DNA of 64,000 nt from Candidatus Sumerlaeia bacterium (lineage in GTDB: Bacteria; Sumerlaeota; Sumerlaeia; SLMS01; JANRJK01): assembly GCA_033764015.1 (NCBI GenBank), contig JANRJK010000013.1, positions 256,001 to 320,000 of the forward strand, written 5' to 3'. The notes under the pieces are model-generated. The model was not told the origin of the DNA, made no database searches, and worked only from the letters and a program-made list of their open reading frames with translations. The translations under genes and the position numbers were made by a program. Below, one piece after another: positions 49,843 through 61,400 of the stretch (position 1 is its first letter; the number at the start of each line of letters is the position of its first letter).

Positions 49843-52800
49843 TTAGCTGCGGATTAGAAGCAATCCATCAGCAAAGTTAGGATCGAATTCCTGAGTGACG
49901 ACGGCGCCGTCTAGCTCGCCCAATTGAATCGTCAAGCGCTTCTGCGCATTCTCGATTCGCGTTTCGATGCCTTTGATGTAAGGATCGGATGCACCTAATG
50001 GTAATTTGGCTTGCCTTTTTTCAATCTGCGCAATAGCAGCGGCTCGTGTTCGTTCAAAGGCGGCCAGCAGCGACCCCTTCCGAGTGTCCCGGAGGTGGTC
50101 ATTGCTAGCCTTAGCGCTGGAGTGCAAGGTGCCAACCCTGGAGTATATGGCCGTAGTTGCCATTTCCTTCATTCCTTGAAGGGTTTCAGACGGCAAGGTA
50201 ATATCAACAGAAGGCGTCGCGCCCTTTTCCACCATCAAGGCCAACAGCCCCTCGCAAACATCCGGTGGCAATTCATGGTGTTCTCTCGAAACAAACAATG
50301 AGACGAGAGAGGATGTGTTCCGGACGCCTCCGAAAGTCAACACAATTACTTTGAAATAGTAGATCCCTACTTCAACATCAAGGTGAGCGGCTGCCACAAC
50401 GTCCCGATGCATTTCCACCTGAAAGTACTGTAGCCAATCACTAGATGAAGACTTCTGGAGCAACTCCTTCCCAGCGAGACGGACCAACGGGTGCAGCGCG
50501 GTGATGAACGGAATGGTCGGATTGTCGAAGGCACGCTGCTGATCAAGGGTGGCGTGTACAGTATTTCCGGTCTGAAGAAAGGCCGTTATCCCGTGAACAG
50601 TCAGGCCGCTTTGCTCTTGAAACAACCGAAGGCGCTCGGGTAGTGAGCTCCCAACCTTCAGCGTTACTGCCCTTGGATTCTGGCTATTTTGCCTGATGCT
50701 TGAGCCGTCCTGCAGTGATTCCTCGAAGTAAATACGAAGGTAGGCGATCAGCTGCCCAGAAGTAATAAAGCGCCGGTTCCTTTGAGCCTGTGCCACGGCA
50801 ACGTCATAGATCGTGTCCGAAATGAAGAGCGAATCTACCTGAGTGTCGAGCAGGCTGGCATCGTCCGTCTTTTGGTCTATGAGATTTTCGACGTTCTCAT
50901 AGATGCCTTCGAGCTGAACTGCAGGGTCTGCGCCCTCAGGCGCCATTGAGAGAGCTTGCATCTCCGCATCATCTAGGAGTTCGCCAAGTATTGGTTCCAG
51001 TGCGCCGATCGACCCCTCAAAAACGTGTAGCTTGTCATACAAGCGCCGGAGGATGACCTCCTCAATTGTTCCCTTGACCCAGAAATTGAAAATCGAAATG
51101 GACTTGTGCTGCTGTCCAATACGATCTAGGCGGCCAATACGTTGTTCGATCACCATCGGGTTCCATGGCAGATCGTAGTTTACGAGAGCCCCACAAAACT
51201 GAAAGTCGAGACCCTCGGTACCCACCGAAGAAGACAGCAGTACCGCTTTTCCCTCGCACTGTCTGAACTGTTGAATAATGGTGGGCCGCTCTTCAGGTGT
51301 CAACTCTCCGGTAATGAGGTATGTCGTGATGCCAAAGTCATTGAGCCGCTTCTCAAGGTATCGCAAGGTGCCCCGGAAGAACGAGAAGAGCAGCATCTTG
51401 TCGTTCGTGCCACTCAGTAGTTCTCTCAAGCGGCTTAGCTTCGCGTCGTGGGGGTGCGCTTCCCACTCCGCAGCTGCTTTAGTTAGCTCAGCCCTTGCGT
51501 CAAGCAACAGCTTGGTAAATATGTTTGGCGGAGCTTGCAGAGGGTGGAAGCTAGGCGGGGCATCTTGATTGGGGTTGTCGGAGTCTTCTTCCACTTCTAC
51601 GCTTTGCTTCGTTGCATGGGCCACCATCAATGAATGGATGTGATCGATGCATGCCGGGAGGCAGGATGATGCCATACGCTGACGCATCAGCGATGCCCAA
51701 TGATGTGCACTTCCGCTCTTTCCCCCTGGCGTAACCGAGGCACTCAGGCCGTTGAAGCGAACAAATGCTTGATAGAGCTTCATTTCCGCCGGTGAAAAGT
51801 CGCACAATAGCGGGATAGGGTTTCGTGTCGATGAACCCGCGTTGCCGGAGGGGATGGAGCTACGTTTAGTCCGTGACATCAGATGTCCGATAAGATTCAT
51901 GTGGTCGAGCTCTTGACGCACTTCATCAAGGTGGTCTTGTATGTACGTTGCTGAGCTGGATAGCTTGTTGATGAGCGAATGAAGCCGCTTGTTTGCCTCA
52001 TGCCATTTCATTCCGGCGGCAGAGTGTAGATATTGTAGCACCTGTTCCTGGCTGCTGGGAGTCAAGGGGTTTAGTTTAGCTTGGGCGAGAACGATAGGTC
52101 TGTTGGCCGCGAATCGTGCCTGTGCGGTCTGTTCGTCTTTGAATTCTTCCTCGTCGAGTAGATTTAGGAGTGAAAAGAGATCGCCTAGCCCGTTCTGCAC
52201 AGGAGTTGCTGTTAGCAGTATCAAGTGCGAACATAGGTCTCGAAACAATCTTCCCATTTGATTGGTGGCTGTATTCTTGTTCCTCATATGGTGCGCCTCG
52301 TCGATGATGATCAGGTCGACGTGGGGCCAGACTTCGAGGAAGCGTTCCCGCATCGAGTCTGTACGAACAGTGTGAAAGGTGGAAATCGCATGTAGTGGTG
52401 CCACGTGGCCTTCTTCGACCTTGTTAAGCCATTGATGAAGTCGGCCGGATTCGTGGTGCTCGAAAAGGTGTTCGTTGAAGCGGGATCGCAACTCGAGCTG
52501 CCATTTTCCCGTGAGTGATGGTGGGCACAAGATGAGAACGCGATTGAGCCGCGTGCGGGCTCGCAACTCGGTGAGGATCAGTCCAGCCTCGATCGTCTTT
52601 CCAAGGCCGACCTCATCGGCGATAAGGATGCGGTGCTTTGGTGATTCCAAGAACTTCAGAACAGGCTTGATCTGGTGCGGCATTAGCAAGGTGCGAGATG
52701 CGCCAAAGGAATATAGCGTGTTGCTCAACGGCCTATCCGGTCGAAGCCGCTCGCTCGTGATACGCGACTGGAATTGGGCCCACCCGCCAACCGCATCTTG

Positions 52801-52962
52801 AGCCGAGTTCAGTTCCCATTCGTCCTCCAAGACTTGGACAACGTGGTTATTGGTGAACACCTCGATGTAACGAAGCGGCCCAAACTCCTGCGCTAGACCA
52901 CGCACGATGCCTTTTTGAGCCGGGTCGCTCCGGCGTCGCACTTCATCGCCTGGGTTAAGCAC
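49843..52962 (-). CDS. SNF2/RapA-like SF2 helicase/ATPase
   Basis: LIADEVGLGKTIEAG, IIIDEAHH, LTATPVQN, EGLDFQ, NYDLPWNP, EQRIGRLDRIGQ; GGAGG RBS before GTG 52962. Confidence 0.93.
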   Translation of the reverse strand: MLNPGDEVRRRSDPAQKGIVRGLAQEFGPLRYIEVFTNNHVVQVLEDEWELNSAQDAVGGWAQFQSRITSERLRPDRPLSNTLYSFGASRTLLMPHQIKPVLKFLESPKHRILIADEVGLGKTIEAGLILTELRARTRLNRVLILCPPSLTGKWQLELRSRFNEHLFEHHESGRLHQWLNKVEEGHVAPLHAISTFHTVRTDSMRERFLEVWPHVDLIIIDEAHHMRNKNTATNQMGRLFRDLCSHLILLTATPVQNGLGDLFSLLNLLDEEEFKDEQTAQARFAANRPIVLAQAKLNPLTPSSQEQVLQYLHSAAGMKWHEANKRLHSLINKLSSSATYIQDHLDEVRQELDHMNLIGHLMSRTKRSSIPSGNAGSSTRNPIPLLCDFSPAEMKLYQAFVRFNGLSASVTPGGKSGSAHHWASLMRQRMASSCLPACIDHIHSLMVAHATKQSVEVEEDSDNPNQDAPPSFHPLQAPPNIFTKLLLDARAELTKAAAEWEAHPHDAKLSRLRELLSGTNDKMLLFSFFRGTLRYLEKRLNDFGITTYLITGELTPEERPTIIQQFRQCEGKAVLLSSSVGTEGLDFQFCGALVNYDLPWNPMVIEQRIGRLDRIGQQHKSISIFNFWVKGTIEEVILRRLYDKLHVFEGSIGALEPILGELLDDAEMQALSMAPEGADPAVQLEGIYENVENLIDQKTDDASLLDTQVDSLFISDTIYDVAVAQAQRNRRFITSGQLIAYLRIYFEESLQDGSSIRQNSQNPRAVTLKVGSSLPERLRLFQEQSGLTVHGITAFLQTGNTVHATLDQQRAFDNPTIPFITALHPLVRLAGKELLQKSSSSDWLQYFQVEMHRDVVAAAHLDVEVGIYYFKVIVLTFGGVRNTSSLVSLFVSREHHELPPDVCEGLLALMVEKGATPSVDITLPSETLQGMKEMATTAIYSRVGTLHSSAKASNDHLRDTRKGSLLAAFERTRAAAIAQIEKRQAKLPLGASDPYIKGIETRIENAQKRLTIQLGELDGAVVTQEFDPNFADGLLLIRS

Positions 52963-53177
52963 GTCAAGCCTCCGATCCGGTGAAAAGACAAAGGCGAGTG
53001 GCGGTGTCGTTGCAAGGGAAATCGCCGGAGGTGGCTCCAGCCTCTCCGACTCGCGGCCCGTGTCGGACGCCCTCGAGGGCGAGGGGTCCTCCCGATTCCC
53101 CGCCCGTTATCGCTTGCCGTTCCGCCCGGCCGGGCGTCTCATTCGCCATCACTCCAGACGAAGCGGAGACCCGTCCG

Positions 53178-53390
53178 ATGCAGATGTTCCTCAAGCTCAC
53201 CGAGGCCGACACCGGCGTTGAGTACTACATCAACGAAAACCACATCATCAAGATCGTGCCGAACAGCGCCGGCGAGGGCAGCCTCATCTACCTCACACCG
53301 ATGACCGCCACCTCCCCCGAGCCCAACATCCTGCTCGTGTCGGAGAATGCGGACGAGATTTTCCGCATGATCAGCCGCATCAACCGCTGA
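53178..53390 (+). CDS. Small FlbD-like protein
   Basis: 70 aa; MFLKLT...YYINxxHIxxI...LIYL...VSENADEI pattern resembles the FlbD family; GGAG RBS. Confidence 0.55.
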   Translation: MQMFLKLTEADTGVEYYINENHIIKIVPNSAGEGSLIYLTPMTATSPEPNILLVSENADEIFRMISRINR

Positions 53391-53392
53391 CC

Positions 53393-55552
53393 GTGCGCGA
53401 GCGCCTCGCCTCCGCGGCGGGGGCGCTGGCCGCCCGCGCGGGATTCGACACGCGGAACCGCTGGGACCGGGCGGCGCTCGCGGCGCTGCCGGCGGGGGCT
53501 CTTACGCTCGCGGGAGCCTGCGCCGCCTCCGCGTTCGCCACTAGCGGCGGCCACTTCATGCTGCCGCTCGACGACTCCTACATCCACCTCCAGTACGCAC
53601 GCACCCTCGCCGCCGGAGAGCCCTTCAGCTACCTACCCGGCGCACCTCCGAGCGGCGGCGCCTCCAGCCCCCTCTGGGTCGCGCTCCTGACTCCCTTCTT
53701 CCTCGCCAACCTCGCCGGCGTGAAGGGCGCGGCGGCGGCCTGGGCGCTTTGCACCGCCCTCTTCGCGGGGCTCGCGCTCGCGGTGTACCGGCTCGGAACG
53801 CATCTCGCCGACCGCCCCGCCGGATTCGCCGCCGCCGCGCTCCTCCTCCTCAACGGCCACCTCGCGTGGAACTTCACGAACGGGATGGAGACCGTCCTCT
53901 TCGCACTGCTGCTCGTGGTCGTGGCGCTCGGCCTCGTGCGGCAAGACGCCCCGCCCCACGGCTGGACCTACGCCGCACTCGCCGCGCTGCCGCTCGCGCG
54001 CCCCGAGGGCTTCGCGCTCCTCGCCCTGCTCTTCGCCGCGACCTTTCCCAAGCGCGGCTTGCCGCTCTCGCGCCCGCTCCTGCTGTTCGCCCTCGTGCCG
54101 GGGCTCCTTTGGCTGCTCGCGCTCCACCGCCTCACTGGCGAGTGGAAGCCCGCCGGCCTCATCGCCAAGGGACTGCTCGACCGGCCCGATCTCGGCTGGA
54201 CGTCGCGCCTCTGGATCGCCGTCCAAACACCCTTCGCCATCGCCTTCCGCTTCTACCGCAACATCATCCCGCACGACGGGTTCGCGCTCTTCCGCGGTAC
54301 TGGCTACATGCCGTACATGCCGATGGGCCTGGGCGCGCTCGCGCTCTTCGGTGGCGCGTTCGCTTGGCTCCGCGGACGCCATGTCGGCACGTTCGCCTTG
54401 CTGCTCCTGTGGCTCGGCGGCATCGCCGCCATGACCGCCTCCGCGATTCCCTTCGTCCACAACCAGCGCTACCTCGCGCCGTGGACCGTCCTTGCCACGG
54501 TCCTCGCGGTCGCCGGTGCGCGCGCCCTCGCCGCCGACGCCCCGCGCCATCGCGACGCGCTGTTCGCCTCCGCCGTCGCGCTCCTCGGCGCCACGTCGCT
54601 CCCCTCGGTTCCCTACTGGATTATCGAGTGGGGGAGGAACGGCTCCGACATCTTCCACCAGCACCGCGTCATGAGCTTCACCCTCGAGTCGCTCCCACCC
54701 GGCGAGCGTATCGCCGTCACCGACACCGGTGTGCTGGTGTATTACTCGCAGGCATCCGCCGACGACCTCGTGGGCCTCACCACCGCGCGCTTCGCCCGGC
54801 CCTTCCTGCACGGCGAGGCGTCCGTGCTCGAGGAACTCGCCCGCACACCCGCGGACCAGCGCCCCCGCACACTGTACACCTACCGCGAGTGGTTCGGCCC
54901 GCGCTTCCCGCTCGACGCTCCCGAGTCCGGCGCAGCGCTTCCCTCGACCAGCGTCACCGCGGGTCTCTTCCTCGCCCGCTACCCGATCCGCTGGGACCTC
55001 GTGGACCTAGGCAACGCGCTTCCGCTCGCTCCCGGCTCGCGGCCCCTCGCCCACATCGACGTGGCGGACCTGCGCTCCGAACGCGCCGCCCGCTACGAGT
55101 GGCGAATCGACCGCAAGGACGAGCGCCCCGACGTCTGGCCGCGCCCCGTCTCTCCCCTCGCACCCACTCGCAACGGCGGCGTCGAAGGGGGCCGCTTCGT
55201 GCGCGAGGAAGCGTTCGACCTCGATCTCCGCGAGGCGGGCTCGCTCGACGGTCGCGGGATGCTCCTTCGCGTTCGCCGCACCGCCCCCGATGCGCCGCTG
55301 CCCGCCACCGCCGCGCGCCTCGCCGTCTCCTTCCAGTCCCTCGACAACGGCGTCCCCCCGGAGGCCACCGGAGCGATCGCCGTCGTCGAGCTGCCGCTTT
55401 CCGGCGACCAGATCGACGAGGTGCTCCTGCCGCTCGGCGAGATGATCGACCTCGCGGGGGGCCGCCGTTGGCGCGTGCGCGTCCGCGACGCCGGGCCGCA
55501 CGGCGAGGCATGGTTCAGCTTCGGCTACGCGGTCGCGGCCCCGGCGCCGTAA
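53393..55552 (+). CDS. Multi-pass membrane protein, probable GT-C-fold glycosyltransferase
   Basis: LDDSYIHLQYA, G.SSPLW, GMETVLF, ARPEG, RYLAP, DLVGL motifs; many TM helices. Confidence 0.7.
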   Translation: MRERLASAAGALAARAGFDTRNRWDRAALAALPAGALTLAGACAASAFATSGGHFMLPLDDSYIHLQYARTLAAGEPFSYLPGAPPSGGASSPLWVALLTPFFLANLAGVKGAAAAWALCTALFAGLALAVYRLGTHLADRPAGFAAAALLLLNGHLAWNFTNGMETVLFALLLVVVALGLVRQDAPPHGWTYAALAALPLARPEGFALLALLFAATFPKRGLPLSRPLLLFALVPGLLWLLALHRLTGEWKPAGLIAKGLLDRPDLGWTSRLWIAVQTPFAIAFRFYRNIIPHDGFALFRGTGYMPYMPMGLGALALFGGAFAWLRGRHVGTFALLLLWLGGIAAMTASAIPFVHNQRYLAPWTVLATVLAVAGARALAADAPRHRDALFASAVALLGATSLPSVPYWIIEWGRNGSDIFHQHRVMSFTLESLPPGERIAVTDTGVLVYYSQASADDLVGLTTARFARPFLHGEASVLEELARTPADQRPRTLYTYREWFGPRFPLDAPESGAALPSTSVTAGLFLARYPIRWDLVDLGNALPLAPGSRPLAHIDVADLRSERAARYEWRIDRKDERPDVWPRPVSPLAPTRNGGVEGGRFVREEAFDLDLREAGSLDGRGMLLRVRRTAPDAPLPATAARLAVSFQSLDNGVPPEATGAIAVVELPLSGDQIDEVLLPLGEMIDLAGGRRWRVRVRDAGPHGEAWFSFGYAVAAPAP

Positions 55553-55609
55553 CAGCATCGCGCTTTCCCGTTGCGGTTCCGCGCGGAAGCGCTTCGCCTT
55601 TCCCTCGCT

Positions 55610-56947
55610 ATGGATCTCGCCGCCCGGCTCCTCGACCTCTCGCTGCGCAAGCGCGCCGCCCACGAGTTGCTCGACCGCGCCCGCGCGGGGGCGCTCCCCG
55701 GCGTCGCGACCGGCGACGCGCTCGCCGAGCCCGCCCCCAAGCCCGAGCCCGCCGCCGTCGAGCGCCGCCCCCCCGAAGGCTTCACTGAGGAGCGCGGAAT
55801 CCACATGCGCCGCCTCGTGCTCGCAGCGGGGGAGTGGCCCCAGTGGGGAGGCGCCGCGCCCTCCGGCTTGCCGTTCGATGCGGACGGCGCTGCGCTGCTC
55901 TTCCCCGGTGAGGCGCCCCCCGATCCGGAAGCGATCGCCTTCATCGACGTCGAAACCTCCGGGGTTTCCGGCGGAGCGGGCACCGTGGTCTTCCTCGCCG
56001 GAGTCGGGCGCTGGGTGCGCCGCGGCGCCGAGTGGACCTTCGAGCTCTCGCAGTACCTCGCGCCCGATTTTCCCGACGAGGCGGAAGTGGTGCGCCACGT
56101 CCTCGCGGACCTCGAAGGCGCCGCGGCGGTCTGCCACTACAACGGCAAGTGCTTCGACGTCCCCGTGCTGCGCTCACGCGCCGTCATGCACCGGCTTCCG
56201 CCCCGCGCGCTGCGCCTGCGCCAGCTCGACCTGCTCCACCCCAGCCGCCGCCTCTGGCGCGCTGGACTCGGCTCGGCGACGCTGAAGCGCGTCGAGCACG
56301 GCGTCCTTGGCCACGACCGCGGCCCCGACATCGACGGCGCGCTGATCCCGGAGGTGTTCTTCACCGCGGCGCGCGAGGGGACGCACCCGCGCCTCGGCGC
56401 CGTGCTCCGGCACAACGCGCAGGACATAGCAACGCTCGCGCTGCTGCTCGGCCACGCGACGCGCCTCGCCGCCCGTCCATTCCACGCCGAGGCGCTCGGC
56501 TGCGAATGGGAGCCGCTCGCCAAGCTCCACGAGCGCCGCGGCGACCGCGCGCTCGCGCGCCGCCTCTGGGGCGAGGCCATCGCCCGTGCCGCCAGCTCCG
56601 CCGAGGAAGCCCGCCTCCGCCTCCGCTACGCCGCGCTCCTGAGCCGCGAGCGCGACACGGACGCCGCCCTCCTGCAGTGGGACACCGCGCGGCGCCTCCC
56701 GCTCCCGGTCTCGATCCCCGCGTGGATCGCCCTTGCGAAACACCACGAGCACGCCGCGCGCAACCACGCCGAGGCGCTCCGCTTGATTCGCGGACTTCTC
56801 CGCGCGGTCGAAGCGGAGCGCGACCTCGCCGCGATGCTCGGACGCCCCGACCCCTTGCTCGAACTGGTCTGGGAGCGCGAGTCGCCCTCCTGGGAGCGCC
56901 GCCTGAGCCGCCTCGAGCGCAAGGCCGCCCCCAAGCCCCGGCAATAG
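55610..56947 (+). CDS. YprB/MrfB-like DEDD exonuclease (RNase H-like) with a C-terminal TPR region
   Basis: FIDVETSG, YNGKCFDVP, DLLH..RRLW, L..VE..VLG..R..DI.G..IP, HNAQDI. Confidence 0.8.
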   Translation: MDLAARLLDLSLRKRAAHELLDRARAGALPGVATGDALAEPAPKPEPAAVERRPPEGFTEERGIHMRRLVLAAGEWPQWGGAAPSGLPFDADGAALLFPGEAPPDPEAIAFIDVETSGVSGGAGTVVFLAGVGRWVRRGAEWTFELSQYLAPDFPDEAEVVRHVLADLEGAAAVCHYNGKCFDVPVLRSRAVMHRLPPRALRLRQLDLLHPSRRLWRAGLGSATLKRVEHGVLGHDRGPDIDGALIPEVFFTAAREGTHPRLGAVLRHNAQDIATLALLLGHATRLAARPFHAEALGCEWEPLAKLHERRGDRALARRLWGEAIARAASSAEEARLRLRYAALLSRERDTDAALLQWDTARRLPLPVSIPAWIALAKHHEHAARNHAEALRLIRGLLRAVEAERDLAAMLGRPDPLLELVWERESPSWERRLSRLERKAAPKPRQ

Positions 56948-56949
56948 CA

Positions 56950-56985
56950 GAGCCCCCGCCGGGCGCTGGGCTGCGGCGGGGGCTC
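56950..56985. terminator. Hairpin between convergent genes
   Basis: GAGCCCCCGCCG...CGGCGGGGGCTC 12-bp inverted repeat. Confidence 0.55.
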
Positions 56986-57009
56986 GTTACCGCGAATGGC
57001 GGATCGGAG

Positions 57010-58296
<1,287 letters not shown>

Positions 58297-58353
58297 TTAG
58301 AACACCCCAGTCGGAGGGGGCGGATCCTCGGAGCCAAGCCGTCACGACTCGTC

Positions 58354-58382
58354 TTGACTTCGGAGGTTCAGGTGCCGACGTT
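58354..58382 (+). promoter_or_regulatory. Putative sigma70-type promoter for the giant secreted protein
   Basis: TTGACT-N17-GACGTT. Confidence 0.45.
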
Positions 58383-58430
58383 TCGGCTCTTCACCGCAAT
58401 CACCCCTACCTATCTGTGAGGTAATCCCTG

Positions 58431-61400
58431 ATGCCCTCCACAAAGAGGCGCCTGCGCCCGGTTACGGCAACCCTTAGGTCAAAGCTCGCCGCCGCAGCCC
58501 TTCTCGCGTTGCCCTTGGTGTCCAGCGCTCAAGTCAACGTGACGTTCTTCGACGTGGACTCCCCGGATGCCACCGCCTTCGGATTGGGGATCATCGAGAC
58601 CTCCGACGACGCCGTCTTCAGGATCGAGTTTTCAGCACCCGTCGCCGGTGTGACGCCTGACGACTTCGCCGTTTTCGATAGCAGCTTCACTCAAGTCATG
58701 GCGGGCGGGCCCCAAGTGACGGCGGTGTCGGGCGGGCCATCGATCTACACCCTCACCCTCAACCGAAACGGGAATTCTGGGCTCTTCCGCGTGGGCCTTC
58801 CGACCGTCGGCGACATCGTCCCGACCGGTGGCGGCACGGTCAATCCGCCGGGCCTTTTCCCGAGCGCCACCTTCACGGCTGGTCGTCCGTACCTCGTCGA
58901 TTGGCTCGAGATCAACCCGGACACGGGCCTGCCGTTCGTCCCGCCCGACTTTCCCGATTGGGGCAACTTCGCGTATTTCCGCCTCGTCTTCTCCGAGCCT
59001 GTTTCGGGCTTCGACTCAGCGGACATCGGCTTCGCACAGTGGCTCGGACCTCCTCCCAACCCGGACGTCACCGTCACGGACGGACCGACGACTTACGACG
59101 TCGTCTTCGATGCCGAGGGAAAGACGGGTTTCGCGGTCCCGGTGATCACTCCCGCCGCGACAATCACAGCGGTCGGCAGCGGCGAACCACTGCTCAACGA
59201 CCCATCCTTCGGCATCGGAGGATTGCAGTTCGAGCTCTCGGGCGGCCCGCCGACGGCTTCGCTCGGACTCATCCTCAGCCCCCGCAACACCATGCCGGAC
59301 CCGATCTTCTTCTCGTACGACGAACCCGTGGTGAACGTGAGCCCGAGCCTCCTGACGGTGGAGCGTTCGGACGGCATGGGCGGCTGGATCAATGTGCCGT
59401 TCACAGGCACCCTGAACACCATCACGGCCAGTGCCTACTCCGTGGACATGACATACACCGGCGGCACCCCCGATGGCGAGTGCCGCGTCACCCTCGCGGT
59501 TGGCACCGTCGAGGACGTGGACAACAACCCGCCCGCGGCCGGGGACACGGAGATGTTCACGCTCGACGCGACGCCGCCGCAGCTCGCATCCGCCACGACC
59601 ACGACGCCGGGGCCGGTGTCTCCCGGGAACTTCGAGTACACCTTCACATTCACCGAACCCGTGACAGACTTCGGACCCTTCGACGTCGGGAAGACTCTCA
59701 CCGGTTCGGCCATGGCGACGGTGGATCCCGGCTCGTTCGTCCCGGTCCCGGGCCAGCCGAACCAGGCCCGCTTCACAGTCGCCCTCGCAGGCAGTGGCAC
59801 AGTATCCTTAGGCTGCATCCCCGGCGGAGTCTTTGACGCGGCCGGTAACGCCAGCGCCGCGGGCGCGTTCAGCACGCCGCTCACCGTCGATGCCGCTCCG
59901 CCGAGCCTGACCACCTTCACCTCGAGCGTGCCCAATCCCTCGCCGGCGACCTCCCAGGTTGTGTTCACGCTCGCGTGGAACGAGGTGGTGACCGGCTTCG
60001 CAGGGGGCGACATCCAGGTCGTCGCGTCGGACCTGACGTACACATCGGCCGTGCTCACGGACACCGCGGGAGGCGTGCTGGGACGCGACTACACGTTCAC
60101 CGTCTCCGGCATCTCCGCGGGCAACGCGGGCCAGCTCACACTCACGATCCCGGCGGATGCGGTGACGGACGCGGCGGCGCAGGGCAACGCGCAGCGGGTG
60201 CAGGTCCAGCGCGTGGACGGCACGCCGCCCACGGGCACCATCACCTCGTCCGAGCCCTCGCCGACGTTCGACAACCTGATCGAGTGGAACATCGCCTTCA
60301 GCGAGCCCGTGGAGCTCGAGATCTTCGCCGGCGGCGGCGCATCCTTGGAGGTGACGCTCGACCTTACGGGCACCGCCACGAACAGCCTCGTCTCGCAAGT
60401 GCACCAGAACCCTGCCACGCCGGACTTCCGCAACTACCGGTTCACGGCGATCGGCGTCGCGGGCGACGGCACGCTCCGCCCGCGCGTCGCGGCGGGCGCC
60501 ATCGAGGACGCGGTTGGAAACGTGAGCACGGTGGCCATCCTCGGCACCGAGATCCAGCACCTCTCGAACCTCGTGGTTGGCAACGTGGCGGTGGGAACGG
60601 CCGGCACGACCGTCACCATTGTGGGCCCGGGCGACTACGACATCAGCGCCGGCGCGAACGTCGGCGGGCTCATCTGCGGCTCGCCGATCCAGATCCGCGG
60701 CACCACGATCACCGGCAACGGCGCGCTCACGCTGCCGATCGATTTCCAGCCGGACGTGACGATCTACTCGGGCGCCTTCACGGTGAACGGGACGACCGAG
60801 ACTGTGACGTTCCCCGCGCCGCAGGCGAGCGCCTTCACCTGGAACACGGTTCCCATCGGCGTGTGCTCCATCAGCCTCGACGGCGGCGTGTCGCTGGACG
60901 GCTGGTTCGACGTCGCGGACTTCGCCGGCAACAGCTTCCGGGGAATGCGCATGACCGACTTCCCGGGCTTGTTCCGTCCCCAGCTCGATACCTTCCACCT
61001 GGGCAACGCCTCGTGCAGCCCTTCGCAGTCGGGGATGTACTTCGCCACAATCGTCCCCGTGGTCGGCTCGCCCTCGTACCTCCAGATCACGCCCGAGTTC
61101 CTTCCCGCATCCCGCAACCCGGTGCTCGAGCTCACGGCGACGGAGCTGAACGCGGAGGGCTATTTCCAGCAGGGCGCGGGCGGCCACGCCTTCTACTACA
61201 ACGACGTGACGACGACCGCCGCGGGCTTCGAGTTCGCGAGCTTCTACGAGCCCGAGCCGGGCGTCTACGTCGCGCTCGACGAGTTGAACTACAACAACAC
61301 CGGCGGATTCGAGATCGGGAGCTCCGGCACGATCACGAACGCGGCCGGGAACCTCGACGCGACCTTCCTGTTCAATCCGCCCTACGTCACGGATCAGCCG

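Larger units (their letters stand above)
48438..53010. other. Low-GC horizontally acquired two-gene cassette
   Basis: Three 60-nt spot counts gave 47-48% GC, against more than 70% in flanking genes; atypical codon usage; adjacent to tRNA-Ser; no integrase seen. Confidence 0.85.

Noticed and set aside
49843..52962. Housekeeping RapA/HepA, or a complete DISARM/Zorya system
   Set aside because: Foreign composition argues against housekeeping RapA, and the other DISARM/Zorya components are absent from the window.
48422..53045. Direct repeats (att sites) flanking the low-GC cassette: GGGGTGGCCTGCGCCTCT (48422-48439) versus GAGGTGGCTCCAGCCTCT (53028-53045)
   Set aside because: Only 13/18 identity in GC-rich sequence; no tRNA 3'-end duplication and no integrase; the cassette is on the 5' side of the tRNA. 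It is therefore not called a classical integrative element.
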